The notes under the pieces: model-generated
Told to the model about the DNA's origin: nothing
Databases searched by the model: none
Seen by the model: the letters and a program-made list of their open reading frames with translations, nothing else
Program-made: the position numbers and the translations under genes
Part shown: one piece after another, positions 26,862-37,634 of the stretch
How positions within the stretch are numbered: the first letter of the stretch is position 1
How the letters are laid out: every line of letters begins with the position of its first letter
Source of the DNA: Blastocatellia bacterium
GTDB taxonomy: Bacteria; Acidobacteriota; Blastocatellia; HR10
Assembly (NCBI GenBank): GCA_025055075.1
Contig: JANWYV010000022.1
Location: forward strand, 3,120 to 67,119
Direction of reading: 5' to 3'
DNA: 64,000 nt

Positions 26862-26936
26862 TGGAGGGTGGTGAAACTGGCATCACACCGGCCTTTGGAG
26901 CCGGGTTTGAAGGTTCGAGTCCTTCCCCTCCAGCCA
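26862..26936 (+). tRNA. tRNA-Gln (anticodon TTG)
   Basis: 75-nt cloverleaf folded by hand: acceptor TGGAGGG/CCCTCCA with a U1:A72 pair, D-arm GTGA/TCAC, anticodon stem CCGGC/GCCGG with loop CTTTGGA, T-arm GAAGG-TTCGAGT-CCTTC, discriminator G, encoded CCA. Confidence 0.8.
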
Positions 26937-27039
26937 TTCCCCTCCCGAAGGCTCAGCGCTCACGATGTGTGCCCCCGCGAGGCTGGAAGCACTGCCATCG
27001 CGGCGGTGAAGGACTCTCAGCAGGGCGAGGGCGAAACGG

Positions 27040-27978
27040 ATGAACGGGATGAAGATTTTCTCCGGGAACTCGAACCGAGCCTTAGCCGAAGAGATCTGTC
27101 AATACCTGAAGGTCCCTTTGGGGAATGCGTTCCTCGGACGCTTCAGCGATGGCGAGATCCAGTTTCAGATCCTGGAGAATGTGCGTGGCGCCGATGTCTT
27201 CGTCATCCAATCCACCTGTCCTCCGGTGGATTCCAATCTAATGGAGCTGCTCATCATGCTGGACGCCTTTCGGCGCGCGTCGGCGCAGCGGATCACGGCC
27301 GTGATCCCATACTTCGGCTACGCGCGGCAGGACCGCAAGGACAAACCGCGCGTGCCCATCTCAGCCAAACTCGTGGCCGATTTGCTGACGACAGCGGGGG
27401 CCTCGCGCATCTTGACGATGGATCTGCACGCGGGCCAGATCCAAGGATTCTTCAGTATTCCGGTGGATCACCTCTTCGCCGCTCCGGTGCTGGTCGAGTA
27501 TTTCCGCCGAAAGGGAATTCCGGATTTGGTCGTCGTCTCTCCGGATGCCGGGGGAGTCGAGCGCGCGCGCGCCTATGCGAAACGCTTGGACGCGGAATTG
27601 GCCATCATTGACAAACGGCGGGAACGAGCCAACGTGGCTGAGGTCCTCCACATCATCGGAGAGGTCAAGGGGCGCACGGCGCTCATCGTGGATGACATGA
27701 TTGATACGGCGGGCACGTTGACGGAGGTGACCGAAGCGCTGTTGGAGGGGGGGGCTCGCGAGGTCTATGCGTGCTGTACGCACGCCATCTTCTCTGGACC
27801 AGCCATCGAGCGGATCGAGCGCGCGCCGCTGCGGGAAGTCGTCGTGACCAATACGATTCCGCTCTCCCCGCGCGGCCAACAGGTCTCGAAGATCACCTAC
27901 TTGAGTGTCGCTCCCCTCTTGGGCGAAGCGATCCGCTCGATTCACGAGGAGACCTCCGTCAGCCGATTGTTCATCTAG
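27040..27978 (+). CDS. prs: Ribose-phosphate pyrophosphokinase
   Basis: Canonical Prs motifs ([22 protein letters not shown]-binding [10 protein letters not shown]). Confidence 0.9.
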   Translation: MNGMKIFSGNSNRALAEEICQYLKVPLGNAFLGRFSDGEIQFQILENVRGADVFVIQSTCPPVDSNLMELLIMLDAFRRASAQRITAVIPYFGYARQDRKDKPRVPISAKLVADLLTTAGASRILTMDLHAGQIQGFFSIPVDHLFAAPVLVEYFRRKGIPDLVVVSPDAGGVERARAYAKRLDAELAIIDKRRERANVAEVLHIIGEVKGRTALIVDDMIDTAGTLTEVTEALLEGGAREVYACCTHAIFSGPAIERIERAPLREVVVTNTIPLSPRGQQVSKITYLSVAPLLGEAIRSIHEETSVSRLFI

Positions 27979-28006
27979 AGTGTGTCGCCAGGGGAGGAGG
28001 GCGTCT

Positions 28007-28648
28007 ATGAGTCTTTTGGACGTGACCGTGTCAGCCAACATTCGGACGCGCTTGGGCAAAGGAGGAGCGCGGCAGTTGCGCCGCGCCGGGAAAATTCCGG
28101 CGATCCTCTATGGAGGCGCGGAGCCGCCGGTCCCGATCGCTGTGGAGAAAGCGCGAGTGCTGGAGATCTTCCGAAAGTATGGGCACACGAGCATCTTCAC
28201 GCTCGCCGTGGATGGGAACACGGTGCCAGTGATCATCAAGGATTGGCAATTAGACCCCATCACGGGCGTGCTCCTGCATGTGGATTTCCTGCGCGTGGAT
28301 CTCGGCAAGCCCACCCGCGTGAAAGTCCCCGTCGAGCTCGTCGGTGAGGCCGTCGGCGTCCGACAGGGTGGATTGCTCGATTTCGCGACGCATGAATTGG
28401 AGATCGAGTGCTTACCGACGGAGATCCCCGCGCGTCTGCAGGTGGACGTGAGCGCGTTGGAGATCGGGGATCACATCGCTGTGAAAGACCTGCAGCTTGG
28501 CGACCGGGTTCGCGTCCTCGATGATCCGGAACGCGTGATCGTGAGCGTGCTCGCGCCACGGGTGATCGCAGAAGAGGCTGCGCCGACGATGCCGGTCGAA
28601 CCCGAGGTCATCAAGAAGGGGAAAGCCGAAGAGGAGGAAGAAGCGTGA
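28007..28648 (+). CDS. rplY: 50S ribosomal protein L25 / general stress protein Ctc
   Basis: L25 N-domain (RTRLGKGGARQLRRAGKIPAILYG) plus the Ctc-type C-domain. GGGGAGGAGG RBS. Confidence 0.85.
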   Translation: MSLLDVTVSANIRTRLGKGGARQLRRAGKIPAILYGGAEPPVPIAVEKARVLEIFRKYGHTSIFTLAVDGNTVPVIIKDWQLDPITGVLLHVDFLRVDLGKPTRVKVPVELVGEAVGVRQGGLLDFATHELEIECLPTEIPARLQVDVSALEIGDHIAVKDLQLGDRVRVLDDPERVIVSVLAPRVIAEEAAPTMPVEPEVIKKGKAEEEEEA

Positions 28649-29256
28649 AGTTGATCGTGGGGCTCGGCAACCCCGGCCATGCCTATGCCCGCACGCGGCA
28701 TAACCTGGGGTTTCGCGTGGTGGATCGTTTGGCGGAAATCCTCGGCGCGTCCATCGAGCGGCAGGAAGCCCATGCGCTCATCGGAGCTGCCCAAGCAGAG
28801 GGCGTCTCCCTTCTGCTGGCCAAGCCACAAACGTACATGAACCGGAGCGGGCATGCGGTCGGGGAATTGGTGCGACGATATGAGATCCCCTTGGAGGACC
28901 TCTTGGTCGTGCTCGATGATTTGGATCTCCCATTGGGGACGATCCGAATTCGCCGCAAGGGGAGCGCCGGTGGCCATCGCGGATTGCTCTCGGTGATCGA
29001 AGCGCTCACCAGCACTGCATTCCCGCGATTGCGGCTAGGGATTCGACCGCACGCCCCGATCGCCGACACGGTCGCATTCGTCCTCTCCCCATTCGAGCCC
29101 GACGAGGAGCCGATCGTGGAGGCTATGATCGAGCGCGCAGCCGCGGCCGCATTGCTCTGGGTGCGCGAAGGAATCGAGAAAGCGATGGCTGAATTCAATG
29201 CGCGAAAGTCGGCGCTCGCGGAACCATCGCCGGTCGCCGGCTGCCCTGAAGTTTAA
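28645..29256 (+). CDS. pth: Peptidyl-tRNA hydrolase
   Basis: MKLIVGLGNPG...TRHNLGF and GHRGLLS motifs. ATGA overlap with rplY. Confidence 0.9.
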   Translation: MKLIVGLGNPGHAYARTRHNLGFRVVDRLAEILGASIERQEAHALIGAAQAEGVSLLLAKPQTYMNRSGHAVGELVRRYEIPLEDLLVVLDDLDLPLGTIRIRRKGSAGGHRGLLSVIEALTSTAFPRLRLGIRPHAPIADTVAFVLSPFEPDEEPIVEAMIERAAAAALLWVREGIEKAMAEFNARKSALAEPSPVAGCPEV

Positions 29257-29329
29257 GGGAATGTGACTCCTCGCTTCGCCGAATGGCGAGGCTGTTCGGG
29301 AAGTCGCGAACATCCGTGAGGAGGAGGAC

Positions 29330-29752
29330 ATGAGAAAATACGAACTTCTCTTCATCGCTCGTCCGACGTTGTCCGATCAAGAGACGGCGGCCCTCACCGA
29401 GCAGGTGAAGGGACACATTGAGAATTTGGGAGCGACTGTCACCAACGTTCAACCCCTAGGGCGTCGTCAACTCGCGTATGAGATCGATCACGTGCGCGAG
29501 GGGACATATGTGCTCATGCATTTCGAGGGGCGGGGAACGGAGGTGGCGGAATTGGATCGCCGCCTGCGCGTCTCGGACGCCGTTCTGCGTCACCTCATCA
29601 TTCGGATTGATGATGAGCTGCGGCGGAAGGAGCGGATGAAACGCCGCCGACAACGAAAGGCCGCACGTCGAGCGCAGGCCGCAGCATCGCGGCAAGCGCG
29701 CGAGCAGAAATCCGGGACGCGGAACAAAAGCGGAGAAGAGGCGAAATCGTGA
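29330..29752 (+). CDS. rpsF: 30S ribosomal protein S6 with lysine/arginine-rich C-terminal extension
   Basis: MRKYELLFIARP...QLAYEI S6 signature. 140 aa. Confidence 0.9.
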   Translation: MRKYELLFIARPTLSDQETAALTEQVKGHIENLGATVTNVQPLGRRQLAYEIDHVREGTYVLMHFEGRGTEVAELDRRLRVSDAVLRHLIIRIDDELRRKERMKRRRQRKAARRAQAAASRQAREQKSGTRNKSGEEAKS

Positions 29753-29784
29753 GCTCGTAGCCCCACGGAGGGAGGTGACTGAAG

Positions 29785-30048
29785 ATGGCTGAGAATGTGA
29801 GTGTCGCGCCGACGATGAGCGGGATGACTCCGCAGCGAGTCCGCCGTCGTCGCGAATGCCGATTCTGTCGGGAGAAGGTGGATTGGATTGATTACAAGGA
29901 CGTCGAGACGTTGAAGGCCTTCATCCCCGAGCGAGGGAAAATCATGCCGCGCCGCCTCTCCGGCGTATGTGCTCCGCATCAGCGCATGTTGACGCGCGCG
30001 ATCAAACGGGCGCGTAACATCGCACTCTTGCCATATGTGACGGATTGA
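29785..30048 (+). CDS. rpsR: 30S ribosomal protein S18
   Basis: [23 protein letters not shown]...[27 protein letters not shown]. Confidence 0.9.
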   Translation: MAENVSVAPTMSGMTPQRVRRRRECRFCREKVDWIDYKDVETLKAFIPERGKIMPRRLSGVCAPHQRMLTRAIKRARNIALLPYVTD

Positions 30049-30083
30049 GCCGCGGAGGCCTCGGGCGCAAGGGGGGATTGCCT

Positions 30084-30554
30084 ATGGCGACGGTCGAAGT
30101 CTTACTACGGGAAGACGTGGAGCATTTGGGACGAAGGGGACAGATCGTGCGCGTGAAGGCCGGCTATGCGCGGAATTATCTCCTGCCGCGCGGGTTGGCC
30201 GTGCTCGCCACAGCGGCGAACATAAAGGCGGTCGAGCAGGAGAAACGGCTCCTTGAGCGTCGGGAAATGCGGGAGCGAACGCAGGCCGAAGCTGTGGCCG
30301 AACGGCTCAAGGAGTTGGTCCTCACATTCCCGCGCAAGGTTGGGGATCAGGATATGCTCTTTGGATCCGTCACCGCGATGGACATCGCCGCGGCGTTGGC
30401 CGAGCGGGGGATTGATGTGGATCGGCGCAAGATCCTCATCGAACACCCGATCAAGTACCTGGGCGAGTACACAATCCCCGTGAAGCTCCATCGCGAGGTG
30501 ACGGCCGAAATTCGGATTCAAGTCGTTCGCGAAGAAGGCGAATCTCAGGGATGA
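30084..30554 (+). CDS. rplI: 50S ribosomal protein L9
   Basis: MATVEVLLREDVEHLGRRGQIVRVKAGYARNYLLPRGLA. No ssb gene lies between rpsF and rpsR. Confidence 0.9.
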   Translation: MATVEVLLREDVEHLGRRGQIVRVKAGYARNYLLPRGLAVLATAANIKAVEQEKRLLERREMRERTQAEAVAERLKELVLTFPRKVGDQDMLFGSVTAMDIAAALAERGIDVDRRKILIEHPIKYLGEYTIPVKLHREVTAEIRIQVVREEGESQG

Positions 30555-30606
30555 CCCTCTCCCTCATCCTGGCGGGCTTGGCAAGTGGCTCGCGCGTGAG
30601 AGAAGA

Positions 30607-30642
30607 GAGGGTCTCGACCTGAGGCGTGCCGCCGAGACCCTC
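30607..30642. terminator. Bidirectional terminator hairpin between the convergent rplI and TonB-receptor genes
   Basis: Perfect 10-bp inverted repeat GAGGGTCTCG...CGAGACCCTC with a 16-nt loop. C/T-rich tract follows on the plus strand. Confidence 0.55.
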
Positions 30643-30660
30643 TTCCCCTCTTCGTCAGCT

Positions 30661-33657
30661 TCAAAACACGATCTTCACCGCGAGTTGCAGGATTCGAGGG
30701 TCGAACGTCTCCGTCGGCGTGCCGAAGTCAGTGCGGCGCACGAGCTTCCCCGCGTTGGGCCCACTTGTGGCGAGCGTGTACATGATGGCGTTCACGCTCG
30801 GCAAGGCCCCGCCCAAGGTGATCGTCCGAAAGTTCGTCCGATTGAGGATGTTGAACCCTTCGAAGATGAAGTGAAGTTTCGCCTTCTCTCCTAAAGCGAT
30901 CTCGCGGGTCAGGCGCGGATCGAGACTGACGAAGTTGAATCCGCGGAATGTGTTGCGCCCGAATCCCGGCACGCGATCCGTCCGCGCATTGGTGTCATTG
31001 TTGAGATCGGTCCCGACCAGGGCCGAGTAAGCGGGAGCGGATTGTGCCGTCAAAATCCCGCTCACGGACCATCCTCCGAGGATCGCGCGCGCCACACGAT
31101 TCTGCAGATTCCGCGCATAGGCGAGGTCCCAGATCCAACTGAGGACGAGGCGTTGGGGAATGTCCGTGTAGCTGATCCCTCGATCATCGCGGAGGTTGAA
31201 GGGATCTTGCACCTGCTTGGCGTCATCGCCACTGCTGAAGGCGACGACGGAGGTCGCATCCGGCGTATCGTCAATCGCTTTGGAGATCGTGTACGAGAGG
31301 AGGAATTGGACGTTGTGCGAGAATCGTTTGTGGACCTGAAAGGCCGCGCCGTGATAGATCGAATTCGCCGTGCTCTCGAAGAGGCTGATGCGGACGAACT
31401 GAGGGAGCAGGCGTCCGGGGAAGCGACGGTACGTCCGGATGCCTTCTCCGACGATCTCGATCTGAGCGAGCACGGGAGGGAGCAGATTGATGTTGCGCGT
31501 GCGCTGCAAATGCGTTCCCTTCACAGCGAGATAATTCGCCGAGATCGAGAGATTGGGCGCCAGCTCGTATTCCACCCCTAGGCTTCCTTGCTGGACATAG
31601 GGATTCACGTAATCCGGGGCGAAGACGAAGATGCTCGGTGGGGAGGGAACGCCTCCAGTTGGAGGCCGATCGAAGCGTTGCGGGTACGTCGGCACGAGAT
31701 CGCCCGTGAACGTGAGCACGCGCACGTTGATCGCGTTCTGGGAGTGAGCCTGAGCCGCCATGATCGAAGGCGTTCGCGCATAAAAGATGCCGTAGCCGCC
31801 TCGGATCACCAGCCGATGGCTGGCCAACGGACTCCAAGCGAATCCGAACCTCGGCGCGAAGTTGTTCTTGTCGAGATTGATGCGGTCGGTCCGAAGGCCG
31901 AGCGCGGCCAGCCCCGGATCGGGATTTCGCGTCGGGGGATCGGCGATGTTCTGGAGGTCGTAGCGAAGCCCGAGATTGAGCGTGAGGCGCGGCGTCACGC
32001 GCCAATCGTCTTGGAAGAATCCGGCGAATTCGCTGTTGTGAGGAAATGTCAGGGGACCTGTCGTGCCCTCACCAGCGAAGGCCTGCACGTAGCGCGAGGG
32101 GCGTCCCGTGGCGAATTGCGCCAGGCTGTCGAAGAAATACTGCCCACCGAATTGGCCGGGGAAGAAGTTCTTGATGCGGTCAATGTTGATGTCCACGCCG
32201 AACTTCAGCCCATGACGCCCGATCAAGGCCGAGAGGTTATTGACGAGTTGATACCGGCGGATCGTCGTCTCGCGCGGGCTGAAGAAATTTCGACCGATCG
32301 TCAGCACGACGCGTCCGCGCTCGCGGATCTCCGCTTCGGGCTTATCGCTGTTGGCTTTCCCGGGTTGTTTGTCGCGGGCGAATTGGAAGCGAAATTCATT
32401 CAGCCATCGCGTCGTGAGCGTCGAGCTGAGCGAGAGGGTGAGTGTGTCGGTCCAGACCAGACTATCCCCCGTATGTTCGAGAGCGCTCGTCTGCCCGGGA
32501 TTCTCCAGGTTTCCACCAGTGAAGCGTTGGGCATTATATCGTCCGCTCAGGCGATGTGCGGGAGAGATCTGCCAATCCCCCTTCCCCATGAAAACGTCTT
32601 GATCGAACGTCCGATTGTAGCTCTGGGCCAAGGCCAGGAGGGATTGAAAGGCGCGTTGTGAGTCCGGATCTGAGGGAGGGACGAATCCCGGCCCGCCCGG
32701 AATGACAACGTTGGGGAGCTTCTGGCGCTGTCCGTCATAGAGGAAGAAGAAGAACGCCTTATCGCGAACGATGGGGCCGCCGACATTACCGCCGAATTGG
32801 TTGATGTGAAACGGAGGCTTGGGCAAACGGCGGGCGTTGCTGAAGAAGTCGTTGGCATTGAGCGCCTTATCCCGATAGTACCAGAAGGCCGTGCCGTGAA
32901 ATTCATTCGTGCCCGATTTCGTCACGACGTTGATGACGGCTCCTCCAGCGCGACCGAATTCCGCGGAATAACTGTTCGTGTTGACCTGGAACTCTTTGAC
33001 GGCGTCAATGCTGAACTGATATGGGGCGCGCCCGGACCCCGTGCGGCCGAGCGTCTGGCCGAAGAACGTGTTGTTATTGTCCACGCCGTCAATTTGTAAG
33101 CTGTTGAGCGGCCCTCGCAATCCGCCGAAACTGAGATCTCCAGCGCGATGATCGCGCGTGACCCCAGGCGTCAGGAGGATGAAATCGAGGAAGTTACGAC
33201 CTTGTGCCGGTAAGTTCGCCACCGCTCGATCGTTGACCGAAGCCGCGACATGCGTGCGCGTGACTTCCACCATCGGGGGTTCGGCCGTCACGGTCACGAC
33301 CTCCGCGAGCGCTGCGGCTTGAAGCGTGAGGTCGAGCGTCAGCGTTTGTCCGACCATCAATCGGATCCCGCTGCGCTTGAGCGTCGCGAAACCTGGCGCT
33401 TCCGCGATCAGCTCGTACTCGCCGACGGGCAGAAGCGAGAGGTAGTAGTAGCCCACCTCATTAGTCATCGTCGCGCGTTCAAATCCCGTGTTCACATTCC
33501 GCACGGTGACCTTCGCATTTGGGATCACCGCTCCCGTTTGGTCGGTGATGGTCCCTTTGAGGATCGCATCGGAGGCTTGGGCGAAAACCGCCCCCGCGAA
33601 TCCTCCGAAGAGAAGAATCCAGAGGATGAAGCTTTGCGGGAATCGCGCTCGGCTCAT
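30661..33657 (-). CDS. TonB-dependent outer-membrane receptor with N-terminal carboxypeptidase-regulatory-like domain
   Basis: Signal peptide. CarbopepD_reg-like beta-sandwich (ILKGTITDQTGAVIPNAKVTVRNVNTGFERATMTNEVGYYYLSLLPVGEYEL). Plug domain (NLPAQGRNFLDFILLTPGV...LRGPLNSLQIDGVDNN). Long beta-barrel ending in a terminal Phe. Confidence 0.8.
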   Translation of the reverse strand: MSRARFPQSFILWILLFGGFAGAVFAQASDAILKGTITDQTGAVIPNAKVTVRNVNTGFERATMTNEVGYYYLSLLPVGEYELIAEAPGFATLKRSGIRLMVGQTLTLDLTLQAAALAEVVTVTAEPPMVEVTRTHVAASVNDRAVANLPAQGRNFLDFILLTPGVTRDHRAGDLSFGGLRGPLNSLQIDGVDNNNTFFGQTLGRTGSGRAPYQFSIDAVKEFQVNTNSYSAEFGRAGGAVINVVTKSGTNEFHGTAFWYYRDKALNANDFFSNARRLPKPPFHINQFGGNVGGPIVRDKAFFFFLYDGQRQKLPNVVIPGGPGFVPPSDPDSQRAFQSLLALAQSYNRTFDQDVFMGKGDWQISPAHRLSGRYNAQRFTGGNLENPGQTSALEHTGDSLVWTDTLTLSLSSTLTTRWLNEFRFQFARDKQPGKANSDKPEAEIRERGRVVLTIGRNFFSPRETTIRRYQLVNNLSALIGRHGLKFGVDINIDRIKNFFPGQFGGQYFFDSLAQFATGRPSRYVQAFAGEGTTGPLTFPHNSEFAGFFQDDWRVTPRLTLNLGLRYDLQNIADPPTRNPDPGLAALGLRTDRINLDKNNFAPRFGFAWSPLASHRLVIRGGYGIFYARTPSIMAAQAHSQNAINVRVLTFTGDLVPTYPQRFDRPPTGGVPSPPSIFVFAPDYVNPYVQQGSLGVEYELAPNLSISANYLAVKGTHLQRTRNINLLPPVLAQIEIVGEGIRTYRRFPGRLLPQFVRISLFESTANSIYHGAAFQVHKRFSHNVQFLLSYTISKAIDDTPDATSVVAFSSGDDAKQVQDPFNLRDDRGISYTDIPQRLVLSWIWDLAYARNLQNRVARAILGGWSVSGILTAQSAPAYSALVGTDLNNDTNARTDRVPGFGRNTFRGFNFVSLDPRLTREIALGEKAKLHFIFEGFNILNRTNFRTITLGGALPSVNAIMYTLATSGPNAGKLVRRTDFGTPTETFDPRILQLAVKIVF

Positions 33658-33940
33658 AAGAACGCCTCCATTTTGGATTTCAGCCTTCGTTCGAGTTCAA
33701 TTTGTAAGCGGGAATATGCCATCTCCTCCGTCGCTTGTCAAGCGAACGCTGCGCCCCGGCTGAACTCGCGGAAGGCTCGTGCGCGGGGTTCCGCGTCGGA
33801 TTCCTCAAGAGGCAGCGCGTCAGATCAAGGCGAGGGCAATCGGGCGTGAGACCGCTCGCGCCCTGAGTGCTCATGCTGTCGCAGCATCTTGGGGAGCGCG
33901 TGGAACTCCCGATTGGGGGTTTGGTACAATTCCCTCGCTT

Positions 33941-36196
33941 ATGGTGGAGCCGAAGCGAACACCCGTGCGGGCGTGGGTAGTGATCCTGAGCCTCTCGGCG
34001 GCAACGTTCATCGCCTTCATGGTGTTGCTTCTGCTCGGCGTCTTGCGCATCCCGCCGATGGATGTGGTGAGCGCTGATGAGACGCTGATCCTCTATTTGT
34101 TGACGGCGTTCAACTTCGTCGCCTTCTCAGTCTTCGCCTTCATTCTGGCGCGGAATCTGCTGCGGCTGATGCGAGAGCGGCGCGCGCGTCAGCTCGGCTC
34201 GCATTTGAAGGCGCGGCTCGTGCGATATTTCATCCTCATCTCGATCCTGCCGCTCGTCTTCCTGGCCATGTTCTCTTATCTCGTCATCAATCGCACGCTG
34301 GAGAAGTGGTTCGGCGAGCCATATCGCAATATCGTGCGGGAATCGGAGAAGCTCGCGCGGGCTTATGTGGAGGATGAGGTGGCCGATCTTCGAGCGACGC
34401 TCGATCGCATGGAGCGGCAATTGGCCGTCGGAGAGGCTCGATCCCGAGAGCGCGCGATCGCCGCTGAGTTGGAGCATCCGAAGGTGAGGGAGATCACCCT
34501 CATTCAAGGGACTCAGCCGCGGACCTGGACGAAACCGGGCTTCGTGCGATCGCCGCATCTCGAGGAGGCGTTCGCTGCGGCCATTGACGCTGTGCGGGCC
34601 GAACGCTCGTATGAGGCATTCCCCGTCGAAGGGGATGAAGCGCGATTCGTCGTTCTCGGCCGTCCCATCGGTGCGTCCTCTGAAGGGGCGAACGTCACTG
34701 GGATCATTCTCCTGGCGGAGGTTCCGCAGCAGATCGCCCGAGTCATGGCGGCGCTGTCCCGGCAGCAAGAGGCGTATGAGCAGCTCCATCGTCGGCAGGG
34801 GCAGACGCGGCGCGTCACGCTGCAGGTGCTCGGTGTGATCACGTTCTTGCTCCTTTTCGCCGCGACGTGGACGGGGATGTATTTGGCCAAGGGGATCACC
34901 GAACCGATTCAGGCCCTGGCCGAAGCGACGCAGCACGTCGCGCGGGGAGATTTCTCGCGACCCGTCGTTTGTGTGGCCGAGGACGAGCTGGCCATGCTTG
35001 TGGACTCGTTCAATCGAATGATCGCGGAACTCTCGGAGAACCGGCGTCGTCTGGAAGCTTCGGCTCGCGAGCTGCAGGCGATGAATCTCGCCCTGGAAGA
35101 GCGGCGCCGATATATCGAGACGGTGTTGGAGAGCTTGAGCACGGGCGTCATCTCCTTCGAGGAGTCGGGGCGGATCACGACCGTGAATCGCGCGGCGCGC
35201 GAGATGCTGCGCCTCTCCGATCCATTGCCCGCGGAGACGGCTGTGGATCTCTTTCGTTCAGTCTTCGGCGAGGCACAGGCGGCGATCGTCGAGGGCGTGA
35301 TCGCGCGCGCGTCCACAGAGGGATGGGCTGTGCAAGAGATAGATTGGCCGACGCCGATGGGACAGCGGCATCTCATCCTCACGGCTTCACCGTTGTGGGA
35401 CCCCGAGGGCGCGATGCGCGGCGCCGTCCTCATGCTGGAAGATGTCACCGAGCTCGTGCAAGCGCAGCGACAGGCCGTCTGGAGCGAAGTCGCCCGTCGC
35501 ATGGCGCATGAGATCAAGAATCCGCTCACGCCGATTCGGCTCTCGGCCGAACGGATCGCCAAGCATCTGCTCGGCGATCCGAAGGCGCTCGCCGAAGAGC
35601 GATATCGCCGGATCGTGCGGGAGGGAACGGCGATTATCCAGAGCGAGGTGCAGACCCTTCAACGGTTGGTGAACGAGTTCGCACAATTCGCGCGATTGCC
35701 GGAGGCACGCTTGGTCGAAGGGGAGATCAACGATGCGATTCGAGCGGCCTTGCAGCTTTACGATGAGCGTCCCGAGGGGATTGTGTTGGAGGCCGATCTG
35801 GCGCCGGATGTGCCGCGTCTTCGATTCGATGCTGAGCAGCTCAAGCGGGCGCTCGTCAATCTCATCGAGAACGCCGTGGAAGCGCTCGATGGCGTGCCGG
35901 GGGAGAAGCGGATCACCGTGAGCACGCGCTATCTGCCCGAGCGCGGACGCGTCCGCGTGAGCGTCGCCGACACTGGACCGGGAATTGCGCCGAGCGTGCG
36001 GGAGAGGCTCTTCACGCCCTATTTCTCGAACAAAGCGAAGGGCATGGGATTGGGCTTGGCGATCGTCCGACAGATCATCGCCGAGCACGGGGGAACGATT
36101 TGGGTGGAGGAGAACGAGCCGCGCGGCGCGCGCTTCGTCATCGAGCTGCCCGTCCTCGACCGTTCGTCATCGTCGCTATGGCCCACTCGATCCTGA
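33941..36196 (+). CDS. ntrY: Sensor histidine kinase, NtrY-like (multi-TM, HAMP, PAS, HisKA, HATPase)
   Basis: N-terminal TM helices. HAMP domain (GITEPIQALAEATQHVARGDFS). H-box HEIKNPLTPIRLSAERI. G-boxes (DTGPGI, GMGLGLAIV). Start codon uncertain. Confidence 0.75.
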   Translation: MVEPKRTPVRAWVVILSLSAATFIAFMVLLLLGVLRIPPMDVVSADETLILYLLTAFNFVAFSVFAFILARNLLRLMRERRARQLGSHLKARLVRYFILISILPLVFLAMFSYLVINRTLEKWFGEPYRNIVRESEKLARAYVEDEVADLRATLDRMERQLAVGEARSRERAIAAELEHPKVREITLIQGTQPRTWTKPGFVRSPHLEEAFAAAIDAVRAERSYEAFPVEGDEARFVVLGRPIGASSEGANVTGIILLAEVPQQIARVMAALSRQQEAYEQLHRRQGQTRRVTLQVLGVITFLLLFAATWTGMYLAKGITEPIQALAEATQHVARGDFSRPVVCVAEDELAMLVDSFNRMIAELSENRRRLEASARELQAMNLALEERRRYIETVLESLSTGVISFEESGRITTVNRAAREMLRLSDPLPAETAVDLFRSVFGEAQAAIVEGVIARASTEGWAVQEIDWPTPMGQRHLILTASPLWDPEGAMRGAVLMLEDVTELVQAQRQAVWSEVARRMAHEIKNPLTPIRLSAERIAKHLLGDPKALAEERYRRIVREGTAIIQSEVQTLQRLVNEFAQFARLPEARLVEGEINDAIRAALQLYDERPEGIVLEADLAPDVPRLRFDAEQLKRALVNLIENAVEALDGVPGEKRITVSTRYLPERGRVRVSVADTGPGIAPSVRERLFTPYFSNKAKGMGLGLAIVRQIIAEHGGTIWVEENEPRGARFVIELPVLDRSSSSLWPTRS

Positions 36197-37533
36197 TCGT
36201 GGACGACGAAGAGGGAATTCGACAGTCGCTCGCCGCCATCCTCGAGGATGAGGGCTTCACCGTCGAGGCTGTCGAAAGCGGCGAAGCCTGTTTGGCAGCG
36301 TTCGAGCGTCGGCCGTACAGTTGCGTGCTTCTGGACATCTGGCTCCCTGGAATGGACGGGTTGGAGACACTGCGGAAGTTGCGCGAGGTGGCGCCCGATG
36401 CGGCCGTGGTGATCATCTCCGGGCACGGGACGATTCAGATGGCCGTGCAGGCGACCAAGCTCGGCGCGTTCGATTTCCTGGAGAAGCCGCTCTCGCTGGA
36501 GCGGACGTTGCTCACGGTCAAGAATGCCATCGAGCAGAAGCGCTTGGAGCGAGAGGCGCGAGAGCTGCAGGAGCGTCTCGTGCGGGATTACGAGATGATC
36601 GGGGAGAGCGTCCCCATGCGGGCGCTCCGGCAGCAGATCGCTCTCGTGGGGCCGACGGACGGGCGCGTGCTCATCTATGGAGAATCCGGCACGGGGAAGG
36701 AGTTGGTCGCGCGCGCGCTGCATGCCGCCTCGCGGCGCGTCGGGAAACCGTTCGTCGAGGTCAATTGTTCGGCCATTCCCGAAGAGTTGGTGGAATCCGA
36801 ATTGTTCGGACACGTCAAAGGGGCGTTCACCGGCGCGACGACGGCGCGCCGGGGGAAGTTCGAGTTGGCCGATGGCGCCACGCTCTTTCTGGATGAGATC
36901 GGCGACATGAGCCTTCGCACGCAAGCGAAGATTCTGCGCGTGCTCGAAGAGGGACGGATTCAACCGCTCGGCAGCAATGTGTGGATTGACGTGGACGTGC
37001 GCGTCATCGCGGCAACGAACAAAAACCTGCAGCGGCTCATCGAGCGCGGCGAATTTCGCGACGACCTCTTCTATCGGTTGAACGTCATCCCCTTCGTCGT
37101 CCCTCCGCTGCGTGAGCGCGTGGAGGATATTCCGCTGCTTGTGGAGCATTTCAATCGGAAATTCTCCCGCGCCTATATGCGCACGCCGAAGGAGTTCACG
37201 CCGGCGGCCATCGCCCGACTGCAGGAATATCACTGGCCGGGAAACGTGCGCGAACTGCGGAACATCGTCGAACGCATCGTCATCATGTGGGCGCGCCCAG
37301 TCGTGGACGCCGACGATCTCCCTCCCCTGCTCGGCGATCCTCTGGCGTTCGCCGAGCGCGCCGAGTATAAGACCTTTCAAGAAGCTGTTGAGGCCTTCGA
37401 GCGCCAATACATCTTGCAGAAGCTCGCCGAACATCATGGCAACGTCACGCGCGCGGCTGAAGCTATGGGAATGGATCGCAGCCATCTCTATCGGCGCATG
37501 CGCGCGCTCGGCATCTCGCCCCCAAGATCATGA
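36178..37533 (+). CDS. ntrX: Sigma-54-dependent response regulator (NtrX/NtrC family)
   Basis: Receiver domain (ILIVDDEEGIR...D). AAA+ sigma-54 activator motifs (GESGTGKE, ESELFGH). C-terminal Fis-type HTH. 19-nt overlap with the kinase gene. Confidence 0.85.
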   Translation: MAHSILIVDDEEGIRQSLAAILEDEGFTVEAVESGEACLAAFERRPYSCVLLDIWLPGMDGLETLRKLREVAPDAAVVIISGHGTIQMAVQATKLGAFDFLEKPLSLERTLLTVKNAIEQKRLEREARELQERLVRDYEMIGESVPMRALRQQIALVGPTDGRVLIYGESGTGKELVARALHAASRRVGKPFVEVNCSAIPEELVESELFGHVKGAFTGATTARRGKFELADGATLFLDEIGDMSLRTQAKILRVLEEGRIQPLGSNVWIDVDVRVIAATNKNLQRLIERGEFRDDLFYRLNVIPFVVPPLRERVEDIPLLVEHFNRKFSRAYMRTPKEFTPAAIARLQEYHWPGNVRELRNIVERIVIMWARPVVDADDLPPLLGDPLAFAERAEYKTFQEAVEAFERQYILQKLAEHHGNVTRAAEAMGMDRSHLYRRMRALGISPPRS

Positions 37534-37634
37534 ACATCTGTCGCGCCGTTCGCCTCGAAGCCGTTCGCCTTGCTCGCCGACGAGGGGGTTGGGTACTCTT
37601 TATCCGAAACATCTCGCGACGAAGAGGAGGACTT

